Positions 40,305-52,329 of a stretch of 64,000 nucleotides of DNA are shown piece after piece (position 1 is the stretch's first letter; every line of letters starts with the position of its first letter). The DNA comes from Podarcis vaucheri. Its lineage: Eukaryota. The position numbers were made by a program, and so were the translations under genes. Below the pieces are notes generated by a model. The model saw only the letters and a program-made list of their open reading frames with translations. It did not search any database and was not told the origin of the DNA. The stretch is from NCBI GenBank assembly GCA_965113315.1, contig OZ220364.1, one strand, 5' to 3'.

Positions 40305-40615
40305 TAATTCCCACTTAGTTTGGCTGCATGCACCTTCTGGGAACAGGCACCCACACCCAATGCAGTACTGAACCCTCATCCTCCCACCTATCAGTTGACA
40401 TCACAAGGGATGTAGGATGATTGACAGGCTTGGGGAAATGGCCTTGTGGGCCAAACTGGACTCTTGAGTGGACAAAGATTAGCCTGCAAGCTGGAGGTTC
40501 TCCACCCCTGCCCTAGAAAACGTTTCAAATCATCTTCACCTCTGCAGGAATTTGCGTAGACATGATAACAGTTAACAATTGGCATGCCACTGTACTAGAC
40601 AAATGGTGAGGATAC

Positions 40616-40665
40616 CTTTCACAGCTCTGTGATAGTGACTGCTGCTTTTCCATTATTCCATGCTC
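40616..40665 (-). CDS. WNK2: WNK2 small exon (EHGIMEKQQSLSQSCE), phase 0->2
   Basis: ccattttag|GAGCAT...GAAAG|gtatcc; 50 nt; supplies the phase needed by the next exon. Confidence 0.88.
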
Positions 40666-41284
40666 CTAAAATGGAAAGAAGAAACAGATTTTGCACCAGA
40701 GGCATGCTGCAAAATTAATATTTGTGTGCAAATCCAGCCACGGCCTAGCACTTGTAATTCCCATTGATTTCAATGGCCAACTTTGTGCCAGCACAGCAAA
40801 CAATCTTTGAGGACACCATCTCTTTGAGGAAATTACTAGTCATAATGCCTTTGAAGCTGTTCCCCCTATGGAGCAGCCTCATGTGCTAGCACTGATATCA
40901 GATGAATCAGCTGGTAATATCCGCAGTGGCAAGTTTCAGCCAAAGACTAACAAAAGACCAATCTTTACAATGCAGGTCACTTTATATTATTATCACTATG
41001 CCATTGTGGTGGGGAACTGAATAAAGAAGCATTAGTTTATGGAAAGGAAGGTACTCAGAAAGCTGTGGAATGAATATAAATATGAAGAACAAAGATTTTG
41101 AATTATTTCTTATAAAGAACTTATAAATATCATTGAGAGGAGGATCATAAAAAATTCACAGGAGGTGAATTGATTTTAGGAGACTCTACCCTGGCAATTG
41201 AGAAAACAGCTCATTCAACTAGACCAATGAATTTTCTGATAGTTAACAGCACTAAGGATTCATTAGCAAAAAAACAAGTACTAC

Positions 41285-41590
41285 CTCTTGAGAAGATTCT
41301 GTAGCCTGTGGCATAACTGGGCATGAAGTTTGGACCTGCTGACCCAGAGGCTGGTGATTATCTGGCTGAGGCGGCAGATAACCAGTAGACTGGAGAGGCA
41401 GCCCATGATCTATAGGCATTGCTGCATTTGATGGAGCAATGGTGCTTTGTGGAAGACCTTCTGGACCAATACAGGGTTGCAATGCTTCAGGCTGCAACTG
41501 CAATGGTGGTGACATAACTGCAGAAGGCTGCACTGGCAATGCAGGCATCTGGGTCCCAATATCCACAGTATACTGAGGGTGTCCAATAAT
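41285..41590 (-). CDS. WNK2: WNK2 exon (102 aa), phase 0->0
   Basis: TACTAAC branch point, gttgcaacag|ATTATT...CAAGAG|gtagta; IIGHPQYTVDIGTQMP...ESSQE. Confidence 0.9.
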
Positions 41591-41762
41591 CTGTTGCAAC
41601 ATAGCACACACCTGTTAGTAACATCAATTCCATTTATGATATTAATAATTCACGTAGCTAAACTCATAATTGTTTTTTTTTAAAAAAAACCTTTTTAATA
41701 CAAATCATTGCACTGTAGTGTGATGAAACCATACTTAAGTGCTTTTTGTTTTGAAAAACAAA

Positions 41763-41816
41763 GGAAGGAAGGAAGGAAGGAAGGAAGGAAGGAAGGAAGG
41801 AAGGAAGGAAGGAAGG
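41763..41816. repeat. (GGAA)n microsatellite
   Basis: Direct observation. Confidence 0.97.
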
Positions 41817-43080
41817 CCCATTCAGACACAGTGACTTATCATATGCAACAACTCACCAAATAGACCTGAAAATTTTCAGCATACCACTGCAGATAACTAA
41901 AGCGAGTTGTGAGTTAAATCACCAGATCTGCGTGGCAAGTTGCTGCACATGAATGCTTTATTTTATGAAGCAGCTTCTAAGAGCCCATACACATCTATTT
42001 CACCACATAGCTAAACCTCAGATCTATTCACACCTTCCTTACAACTTGTCAGGATGATAAAGATTACCAACTTATCCCACGGTGAGAGAGCTCACATCAG
42101 GGAAGTTTAGTTGTATGTACAAGGTGAGAGTGGTTGCATTTCAGACAATCACAACATCGTTATTTCTGTGAAATGGGGCTCAGTTCAAGAATTAGGAACT
42201 GGATCAAGTCATAATGTCTAAATGCTGGATGTAGATTTTTAAAATATAAAACTAGGGTCCTCCCCACAATCAACAAAATAAGCATAATGTCACATCTTTG
42301 CACATTGCTGACACTATACCTTTCTTTGCACGTAACACTAAGCCAAATTACGCCTCAGAATGAGCGAGAAAACTGCAGGCTTCCAGGGAGAAGTTATTTA
42401 GCAAAGCGCAACAACAAAATTGCTGGAGAGCAGAGAATTCGACACAATCTCTGCTCCACAAGCCCACACGTTTCCTTGTTTGCACTAAACCATGGTTTAG
42501 CACATGGTGGTGGGAAAACCAGACTTCTGTTTCCTTGCGCATATTAATTTGGTTATTGCCTTTGAAAACCATTTCAAATGTTTGGGGCAGAAAATGCCAC
42601 TTATTCCACAAATCCCCTGTGTGGAATATGTGATGGTCTCTAGAGCAGCTTCAGATGAAATGGATTCTTCCAAGTTCTAAATCTAAAGGATGAGTTCTAC
42701 AAATGCTTGTGTTATGCAACAGGTATTCTGCGCCAATTCCAGTCATTTTGTCATGAAAATCACGTGTTCAGGCCTTATATTACTGAATCCCACATAGTTA
42801 AAGAAGCAAACACCTCAAAGTGTTTGCGCTAAAGAGACTCACTGAAATGAGTGTTTAAGAGCCTTTTCTTTGTGTACAAATGACCTATGATTTACAAAAT
42901 TATAGAACTGTAGAGTTGGAAGGGACCCCAGGGCCATCTAGTCCAACCCCTTGCAATGCAGTAACAAAAGGGAAGTTCTCCATAACAGCACTGAGTATGG
43001 GCACATCATTATGCATATATTTCTCCTTGGTACAAGAAGCTAGAACTGTGCAAGTTTCAAATGACTGAATCAAGCTTTAC

Positions 43081-43092
43081 CTGAGCAGGAAG
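43081..43092 (-). CDS. WNK2: Putative 12-nt microexon (LPAQ), phase 0->0
   Basis: About 80-nt pyrimidine tract with multiple TGC motifs, then ccctgcttcag|CTTCCTGCTCAG|gtaaag; in frame between the flanking phase-0 exons. Confidence 0.7.
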
Positions 43093-44799
43093 CTGAAGCA
43101 GGGATGGGATACAGAAGAGAGACACAATAGAAGAGGCAGCAGCAGCAAAGGAAAGCACAGAAGACAGAGAAAGTCACTTTTAGTACTATTAATGTGCCTT
43201 ATAATTGATGTTTGTGTGCATTTTATATGTAGTGTGTGTTGTGACGCCAAGACAGAAAGAAGAAAAATAGCCTGCATTGTTAGCATTCACTGCACATAGT
43301 TTTAAAGTAGTTTAAATTTAATATAAAGGGATGTTGTCAAGTTTACATAATTGTTTCATTTTGGGTGAAAATGAACAATGCTTCCTTGAAAGGAACATGT
43401 GGACACAACAGTCCAGTAGAGCAGTTCCTTCACAATCTCCATGCACTGGGGAAAGATGAGGAAAGCCTATATTTTTGATCCATTTTAAAAGACTGGGTTC
43501 TAGGCAATGCTAGCCCTGCTTTGAGTAGGCCTGCTGAAATCAATGGACTTCTCCTGTCTGTGGCTCTACTCTGAGTAGGACGAGTTATTGGCTACAACTC
43601 ATTACAGTTAAATTACAGCCAAGGGAGTTCCACGATTTCTAAATCTGAAGACAGAAACTAACTTAGTGATCAGTGCAAGTGAAATAGAGGCAATCTGGGG
43701 TGCCAATTTTTTCACATTCCCATGGCAAGACATAAAACATAAACATCTTCTGGTCAAGGCTCCTCATCATGTACCACAAGTCTCCTTTGAGAACAAATAA
43801 GGAATCATGAATTTAAGTCAAAACTGATAGACTTTTATCAGTATGTGACAGGCAATGCTTAGAGAGCTACAAGACCTGGTGCAACTATTATGGAATCCAA
43901 TGGGAGTAATACCATTGGTTCAGTGGAGGGTAGGTGGGAATCACATGAACTTAAGTTCTTCACAAACAATCTATGTGTACCAAATATATGGCTGAAGACA
44001 GAAACTTAGATACAGTAAAGCTGAAGATACAGAACAATAGGTTGAGATGAAATGTTATGAATTTTAAGAAGGTGGACGATAATGATAAAATGCAATGGCT
44101 TCTTATAAAATTCCCATTTTTATCATTCTTAAGCAGTCTTCATTCTCATTATAATCTCCTTTCTGCTCAAATTGTGGTTAATATTCTTTAATTCTATATT
44201 CTGTTATAAACTTGTTTTATTAAGAGACTCCTATTTTTGTCTCTGTAAATGCTAGTATAGATTGCTTCAGTGACCCTAAAAATCTGCAGTTGCAACAATG
44301 CAGAATAATATTTGTTACTATTATATATAAATATCCTCAAAATAATATTTCTGAAATTAGTCCCCAGTAAAAATCCCTTTGTTGAAGAACAGTCTGCTTT
44401 TAAAGCAATTTTGGTGGTATATAAGCAAAATTATAAATGAATTAAATATAAGTAGATCTGTGTAGATCACCTACTTATTTATTTCTTAATTGCAAAAGTA
44501 AAATTTTCTTCACTGTTGATAAGATATTGTACCATCTCCTGCAACAGGAGATAGAAGATGGGGCACTTGATGCATGCCCATCAACTATCGTTTGCCAGCC
44601 ACTTGCTATATTCAACTTTTCATCACCCTAAAACTTTTATTAAACAAATTTCTTTTACAAAGTGACTGGTTTTCTGGTTCTACCTCCGCAGGGCAAATTC
44701 CCCTATTTGCTTTTATAGTGAAACAGGCTACAGAACTGTTACTTAAGAGTGATACTCCTATGTTCTAGTACCGAGAAAGTCCAATGTCAAACAGATTAC

Positions 44800-45351
44800 C
44801 TGATTACCAGCCCCAGATGCAGACATAGTCTGTTCTGAAGGATGAATTATGCTTGGTTGAAGTGACTGAGGAAGTGGAGGCAGCTGCTGCTGCTGCTGTT
44901 GTGAAACTGCTTGCATGTTCTGGGTGTGATGGGGAGAGGGAAGAACTTCATTCTGAATTATCTGCTGGAGGGTAGCCTGGTACATCTGCTGCTGGGAGAG
45001 CTGGGCTACTGCATGATGTGCTGGCAAAGCTGACACTCCTGGCGGAGCTACAGCGAGTAATGGTACTGGAGCAGCCGACATATTTGGCACAATTGTTTGG
45101 CAGGGCAAGACCAAGGAAGCCACAGAAGTATGAGGAAGGTTGACCGCTTGCATGGGCAGGGCAGGGGAATTTGATGTCAGTGGCAGAGCAGGGTTCATGG
45201 GGAAGCTTGGTAAAATCACAGCTGGAGGAAAATACTGAGAAGGAGCAGGTATAGGGGCCGCATTTGCAGCAGGTATATCAGACAAGTTTGGAGGGTGGCT
45301 ATCAAGTCCTGCCAGAGGAGTAACTGCAGGAATGACGGGAAACTGAGGAAT
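44800..45351 (-). CDS. WNK2: WNK2 proline-rich exon (184 aa), phase 0->0
   Basis: ttttttcag|ATTCCT...AATCAG|gtaatc; IPQFPVIPAVTPLAGLD...QYFPPAVILPS. Confidence 0.92.
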
Positions 45352-45694
45352 CTGAAAAAAAATATAATATTACGTGAATTGCAAAGAGCGTTCCAGGCTG
45401 GCACATTTGCCTTACTAATATGATAAGTACGATGAATAGTGATTTCCGCCCATTTTCTTGGGTCTACGCAGAGAGCAAGCAAGATTGATTTTAGAACAAA
45501 CAGAGAAGAAGACTTGAAAGCAACTGCGTGTTAATCTGAGCAGTTCAAAATTATTGCAAAGGAAACTTATTAATCATGCAGCAATCTATTAATAATCGCT
45601 CGTTCTATGTACCTGCACTAGAAACACCTTTGGGCAGGTGTTTTGCACATCTCCCACACACAGGTTCTAAATACCACAGCCCTGATTCAGAGTT

Positions 45695-45853
45695 NNNNNN
45701 NNNNNNNNNNNNNNNNNNNNNNNNNNNNNNNNNNNNNNNNNNNNNNNNNNNNNNNNNNNNNNNNNNNNNNNNNNNNNNNNNNNNNNNNNNNNNNNNNNNN
45801 NNNNNNNNNNNNNNNNNNNNNNNNNNNNNNNNNNNNNNNNNNNNNNNNNNNNN
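45695..45853. other. Assembly gap (159 N)
   Basis: Run of n. Confidence 1.
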
Positions 45854-46849
45854 TACTATACATACAGTATACATGGAGCTCCTATTTTGAACAGGCTTTC
45901 TTGTTCAGTTCAGCCGAGTGCCATGCTATGCAGAGAGACTCTTGTAACCTGAAGTGAAGGGAGAATTTCCTGACCCGAGCCAGCCCAGGTATTAGGCAGG
46001 GTGAGGCCCCACCACCTCCACCAGCAATGGAGAAGCACCATCACCATCAGAGCCAATTTCAGGCAAGATCACATCCATTTTGGGCAATACCTCACTAAAA
46101 ATTGGTGATCTTGCCTGAAATCAGGGTTGATGGCGGTGGTGCTTTTCTGCCAGCAGGACGGCACTTCCAGTTTTGCCTCAAGCAGTGAAGAAGGAAACAC
46201 CACCCCTGATTCTGCCCATATTGAAGTTGCTGCAAGTCACTGCAAAGTTACAGCCAAGTCAGGGCAAACTTATTTTCTTCTGCATGCAGCTTAATTTTTG
46301 CAGTGTTTCTCAAACTAGAAGTCTGTGCAAGGGTTTGCATGTTGTATTGGTAGAAGACCTGCAAGTGTTAAAATTCAGCATTTTCCAAAGTGAGGATTGG
46401 AAATCCACTAGAATCCTTGATAAGGAAGATGGGGGTGTTGAAAGGTCCCAACTGCTGTAGGTTCTTTTATTCCAACTGGAGACGATGTGGTGGTGGGGGG
46501 AAAGCAGGTATGCAAAGGATGGGGAGATAGAATACTGCAGTTTGTGTGGGTGGAAGCAATGCAGGGGATATAAGAGCTGGGAAAGCACCCTTAAGGAAGT
46601 TCAGGATGGGCAAAGCATGTTAGACTGAACACAATTAGAAGCTGGGACGCAATTACATATAGTTTGAGAAACACTTAACTTGCATAATAAGCCTCCAATG
46701 CATGCCATTCAAGTTACTATATTTTATACATTTATTATAAATTTTTAAAAACTGGGTAATAACTATATACATATGATTAATCCTAATCATTACAAGCAGA
46801 TATGCACAAAAGTGTTCAGCATTAAACAATAAAAAACCTCATTTAATGC

Positions 46850-46893
<44 letters not shown>

Positions 46894-46944
46894 GGTTTTG
46901 GTGTCTTCGGGTGTCTTCCCGTGTAAGAGTCGGGGTGTCTGTGC

Positions 46945-46978
46945 GACGTTTCGACGAGGTCTCACTCGTCATCTTCAG
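46945..46978 (-). ncRNA. Minimal type I hammerhead ribozyme motif (Penelope-type)
   Basis: CUGAAGA-U-GACGAG(ugagac)CUCGUC-GAAA-CG-UC on the minus strand. Confidence 0.7.
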
Positions 46979-47465
46979 GCTGGTGCTTTCGGCTTCTTGT
47001 TACTGGAACAGAGCAGAGTCTGGTGTTTGAGTTCCTATAAATACTGTTGAGAGGTGTGGTGTATAGCCTCCAACGTTCTGGGCAGAGAGGAAGTTCCTAG
47101 ATTAGTGTGCCTTTTCTTCTTTTGTTCCTTAATTACTTGAGGGATATCTTGGGTGATTTCATGAGTGATATTCTGAATACCACTGGGTGGGTCATTAAGT
47201 GTAGATTAGTTGCTAAAGCTTTCGTGTCTTGACCTCTTGAGCTTGTGAAGAGTTTTTCTGAGAAGATGGCTGTGCTGCATTTAGTTGTGCTCTGGCTTGG
47301 CTTCGTGTATAGGGGCGAGCTGTGGTTTTGTGCCTTGTGCCAGCCAGATCTGTGTAGGGATTGCAGGGGGGTGCAGCATCCGGAGGTGCCACTATAGTTT
47401 GGCTACTGGATGGAGTCTGTAATATGTCTGTGGAGTTACTGGAACAAGAAGCCGAAAGCACCAGC

Positions 47466-47499
47466 CTGAAGATGACGAGTGAGACCTCGTCGAAACGTC
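47466..47499 (+). ncRNA. Minimal type I hammerhead ribozyme motif (Penelope-type)
   Basis: ctgaaga-t-gacgag(tgagac)ctcgtc-gaaa-cg-tc. Confidence 0.7.
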
Positions 47500-47581
47500 G
47501 CCCAGACACCCCGACTCTTACACGGGAAGACACCCGAAGACACCAAAACCTGCATTCCTGTACCCGTGAAAATCTACGAAA

Positions 47582-47616
<35 letters not shown>

Positions 47617-49218
47617 AGGATAGCATCTACTGAAGATATTAATCCTTGGAGTTACAGGGATGCAAACTGACATGCATTTGAATTTTCTGCACTAAACCAT
47701 TTTTGGAAGCTCCTGCTTCCCTCATTTAATGCACATTTAAATATTATTGCACACTAGCTTGTGTTCTAAAGATACTGGGGTACATTTTTTTAAAAAAATA
47801 AAACATGTATGTTTTAAAGTAGTTTGCATTATTGGATAAAGGCACGATCGCTTGGTTGTGTAAAATTTTGGAAATGTTAAAATTGATTATACAAGGATAC
47901 AAATTGCACTTTTTTCATCAGTTATGGTGACTAACAGTTGTATCTAGGTATAAAATGCATTTCTACTCCTATGTTTGCTTCCATGTTGAATGCTCTAGGA
48001 TTCAGCACTTGACAGAGATGAAGCTATTTACTGCCCACTCTTATCTTCCTTTGATAATCTTTCTCTCCTCTATCTCTGAACAGCCAATCCATGCGGGTAA
48101 ACACCAGAACTCTGAAAGCAATTAGCGTTGGTGAGCACAAACCTTCTAATTGTATATGTACTATCTGAGGAGGCCTCGATTGGTAGCAGGAGAATTTAAT
48201 TTGGCTATGGGATACAGGCCAAGCTACAAGCAACTCAGTTTCTGAAAAAGAGCAGGACAAGTACCGCATCTCCTCAAGTGGAAAAAAGGCAGGAGGGAAT
48301 CTGAGCAGAAATCCAGAAGATAAGTGAGCCATTTTCCTTTGAGTAAGGAACAAAACCATTCTCTTCTTCTCTCTCTACCCCTCAATTATATGTCCATTCT
48401 TATATATTAAGCTAAGCATTTAGGGGGAAAGAACCAATTTCCTGGAATCCTAATTTTAATTTGATGTGGGCTTTAAGAGCAGCTGAAATTTCCCACTTTG
48501 TGGAAAAAACCGAGGGAATCAGAGTGTGAAGGGACTTCTGAAAATATTGTCTGAGCAATGTGTCTGCCTCACTGTGTTCTGCATTTTTACTTTTCTCATT
48601 CTTTTAGTTTTAAAAATATGGTGAGTGGCTTGATATTGCCAGTCCTACTACTACTGAACTAAACATTTTATTTACCACCTCTTTATCCACACTCACCAGT
48701 ACAGACAATCACATTCTTTCTGGTGGACTGAGATCACAAGGACTTGTCTGTGTGTTTGCGCACACGAGAATGCATATGCAGTATGCACAGTGCTCCAAGT
48801 GCTTCTTTGTGGACATGGATTTGTCAATCTTTTCCTTCTTGTGCACCCTTTGTGTGTCATGGAATGCTGCTCTCGAGTCACCCAACCTTACACTGGCTTT
48901 TGAGGAAAGGAAGGGGATGATGACAGGAAGCTGAAAAGCTAGTATTTGTGTGCAATATATTGTACACAACCACTGTCCTGAAGCAGAAAGTTTCCTTCAC
49001 AAATACTGGTGGAGCAATTACACTAAATGCTCAAAATTTAAAAAGTTTGTTGCACCAGCAAAATAAATGGACATAACAACTGGTGTAACTGTTCAGAAAT
49101 ATTTTGCAGAGATACTGAAAAAAATAAAAACCGTGTGTTATAGAAAGATATACCCACACAATTTTTTAGACTCAAGAAAAAATATATGAAAATGTAAATG
49201 CTTTCAAAATATGTGAGC

Positions 49219-49222
<4 letters not shown>

Positions 49223-49258
<36 letters not shown>
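49223..49258. repeat. (CT)n microsatellite
   Basis: Direct observation. Confidence 0.97.
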
Positions 49259-49261
<3 letters not shown>

Positions 49262-50052
49262 AAGAAGCAAATGCATTTGAACCCAACATAAGGCAGTGTC
49301 AGCTATTACTTAACATGTGGATTTAACATAGGAAACAAAGTGCAGAAAAATCTAATCAGGCCAGGGACCTTGTCTTCAATGGGCATCTTCTGTTCTGGAA
49401 CAAAGCATTGTCGGTTCCCCCTCCCCCATTTTGATACAGTCAGAAAAAGAGCAAAGGTACTTGTTCACCTTCAACTTATTGTTCAGAAAATCTATTATAA
49501 GCCACTGAAAAGCATCTATATTTCTGCTACCGCTAAAGGAAGTAACAACCTGAGCACTACAATAAGAAATGAAGGTGGGGGAGGTGATGAAGGTAAGTGA
49601 GAGCTCATGGGGGGAAATAGAGTCATATTCTGTCCATCATGCAGAATTTTCAGTATCTATAGCCTGTCTACCCTACTACTAATTAAATTTTCAACAAAAC
49701 AATTCAGAAAAATTAAGACCAAATGGAGGACAAGGAATGTAAATAACACAATTTATTCAAAGAAGCCCAAACGTTATCTTTATTGCTATCTATTTTGGTT
49801 CACTGGTTGATTGGTCTTTGTTTTTGCTTTTCTTTGGTAATCCCTGTGTGTCAGCTGTTCTGTTGTTTTCACTGTCCTGCTTTGCTTTTCCTATGGCTGG
49901 AAGTCTCTTTCCACTGTTCCCTTCCTCAGTTGTTTTTGCATACATTCAGAAAATGCAAAGCAATAACAACAAATGGAGACCGAGGAACGTTAAAATACTA
50001 ACTGGCTTATTATGGCACAGAACTTATTGTGGGCTAGAGCCCATGCCATCAG

Positions 50053-50628
50053 ATCATAGACTTGTAGAGTTGGAAAGGAGCTTGAGGATCATCTAGTCCA
50101 ACCCCCTGCAAGGCAGGAATATGCAGCTGTCCCATATGGGGATCAAAACTGCAACCTTGGCATTATGAGCACCTTCTTCTTCTTTGGCGATCACTTGTAG
50201 CCGAGTAAGATTGTCTTCCATAAACACAGTTTTAACAATGAGTCCGTAAGTGACTGGGGAGGCCAATTCTGGACCCACACGTCCTTTCACAGTGGGGACA
50301 TTGGTTCCTGGGTGGGGGTTGATCACGATGTGGATTTCCCAAGCGTGCCTTCCTCCTAGCATGTTTCTCCCTTGCGTTCTGCGTTTGAGTGTCTTCAAAG
50401 CCCATGGCACCTTTGGTAAAGGCTGTTCTCCAACTGGAGCGCTCGCAGCCAGTGTTTCCCAGTTGTTGGTGTTTATACTACTTTTTTTAAGATTTGCCTT
50501 GAGACAGTCTTTAAACCTCTTTTGTTGACCACCAGAATTACACTTTCCATTTTTAAGTTCAGAATAGAGTAGTTGCTTTGGAAAACGATAATCAGGCATC
50601 CCACACTCTAACTAACTGAGCTATCCAG
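50053..50628 (-). mobile_element. tRNA-derived SINE with CR1-type tail, split by an RTE insertion (pieces 50053-50173 and 50601-50628)
   Basis: Head ctggatagctcagttagttagagtgtgg rejoins tgctcataatgccaaggttgcag...; CR1-like tail ccaactctac...ctatgat; tail fragment also near 42900-42960. Confidence 0.8.
50174..50600 (-). mobile_element. RTE/BovB-type LINE 3' fragment
   Basis: MPDYRFPKQLLYSELKNG...GGQQKRFKDCLK motif; (GAA)n tail. Confidence 0.9.
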
Positions 50629-51230
50629 GTTGATGCACAAAGCGACATTCTTTGCACATAACACAAAGCCAGTAAACCATGGCTTACTTCAACAGAACAG
50701 ACGGTGTTCCAGCCTCTGGAATTTTTCAGTAACAGTGGCCATGTCTGGGCTGGTTTCAACAACGGGACACCAGTTCCAGATACTGGTACTTAGAGGCTAG
50801 TTGAAGTTCAATCCTGACAAGCCACAGTTTTGGTTCAAATACATTCTCTTTCTTCTCTTATAGTTAAAACCTAGCATTTTTGTTTGCTTTTCCTACTTTT
50901 ATATTTTTCTTAAGCGAGAAACAATTTGCTCTGCTTTATAAATGATACCATTTGCAAACTATAACCACCCCTTCTCTTTTGTGTCAGTATTTAGATTGTA
51001 AGTCTTCAGGCAATGATGTATCTCCTTTAACTTTTTTGGATGTGCTCAATTTATTTTATGCACTACACAATTAAGTAATAAAAATAAATTTCCTAAACAA
51101 GATGCAAATGCACAGAAGCCACACACTAATTGCGAAGCCTGCCATACCAACTATTAGCTGTGAAGTTCTACCAAAATTAATTACTTAAAACAAAATAAAT
51201 AATGCTTATTGAATTTGAAGGTCAGCTTAC

Positions 51231-51422
51231 CTGGCCAGGTGGGACTGTTGGAAGTTGCTGCACAGGGGGAATCTGCAGAGGTGTGAGAGATGCATTGCTA
51301 GCTGCCACCTGAGAACTGGGAGTTTGATACTGGGGCAATAGGTGAGGTGCAGGTTGTTGCACTGGGCAAATGGGCTGGTTGGCTAGAACATGCTGTAGAG
51401 GAGCTGGAGGTGGGATGGACTG
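51231..51422 (-). CDS. WNK2: WNK2 Pro/Gln-rich exon, phase 0->0 (NAGNAG acceptor; alternative start 51419)
   Basis: tctctaccag|CAG|TCCATC...GGCCAG|gtaagc; QSIPPPAPLQHVLANQP...VPPGQ. Confidence 0.9.
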
Positions 51423-52176
51423 CTGGTAGAGAGAAAAAGAGAGTACACCGTAAGTTCCCAAAGTGCTCTGGCCATGGGGGATAATTTATTTGTCATAGGC
51501 ACTACCTGATACCTCAACATAGGTGTCAACAACAAGAACTCTCTTTACCAGCTTAAGTGCTAAGAAAACAATAAATTAACACTGTTAAGAGAAAAGTTGA
51601 GGGGGGAAATCCATGTAGTCTAGGAAAAGCCGTCGTCTACCACCTGCAGACTGGCTGAATCATGCCATAGTGATGTAGCGCCATTCCATTGTGCATTGTG
51701 TCCCAGGACTGCACCAGAGGAGCAGCATGTTCCGATTCCACATCCCCCACAGAAAGTCACCAACTACCTCCCCGTTTTTGTGAGAAATGAAGCAACCTGG
51801 GAAACTGCAGAGGCGCTATCTGGGTCAGTACTAGGTAGGTCACTCAAAGTTATGATGGATGAAAACCTTATTTTCCATCTCCAAAGAATGAAATGTATCC
51901 TCTCCTCCTGGTCATGGAAGAAAATTGAGGAGATGAGCTGCGGAAAGGACCGCAGGTAGGGATGGAGGCTTAAAAATTCAGTGCTCCCTGTCTTTCTTGC
52001 ATATTAAATGGATGCAGCACAATTATAATAACTCATTTTAGAATTTGAGCACTGCATTTGAAGATTACACCACACTTGTAATAATGCACAAGCAGGCTTG
52101 ATATAAAGGGTAATAAAACACCCCTATGTTTATTCAGCATCTTCACTTAAAAGCAAAACAACCACTAACTACTTAC

Positions 52177-52329
52177 CTGCTGGCTGGCTAACACAGGCTG
52201 TGATTGTCTCATCTGGACAGGGGCAACGGAGGTGGGATGGACGAGAGGGAATGGGATTGCTGGTTCTTGATAATGTTGTGGTCGCTGAGAGACAACAGCA
52301 GGTGGAGCCTGAACCACTGGAAGTCCAGG
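52177..52329 (-). CDS. WNK2: WNK2 proline-rich exon (51 aa), phase 0->0
   Basis: ttcccttcag|CCTGGA...CAGCAG|gtaagt; PGLPVVQAPPAVVSQRPQHYQEPAIPF...ASQQ. Confidence 0.88.

Larger units (their letters stand above)
46889..47583 (-). mobile_element. Penelope-like retroelement 3' fragment with inverted pseudo-LTRs, flanked by (TA)n
   Basis: 113-bp inverted repeat (46889-47001 / 47443-47555), each arm with CTGAAGATG...GAAACGTC; (TA)n on both flanks. Confidence 0.85.

Noticed and set aside
45576-45957. ORFs spanning X runs
   Set aside because: Artefacts of the N gap.
48697-48727. Strong donor CTG|gtgagt with a nearby acceptor
   Set aside because: The 31- or 23-nt candidates are frame-shifting and have weak acceptors; no other support.
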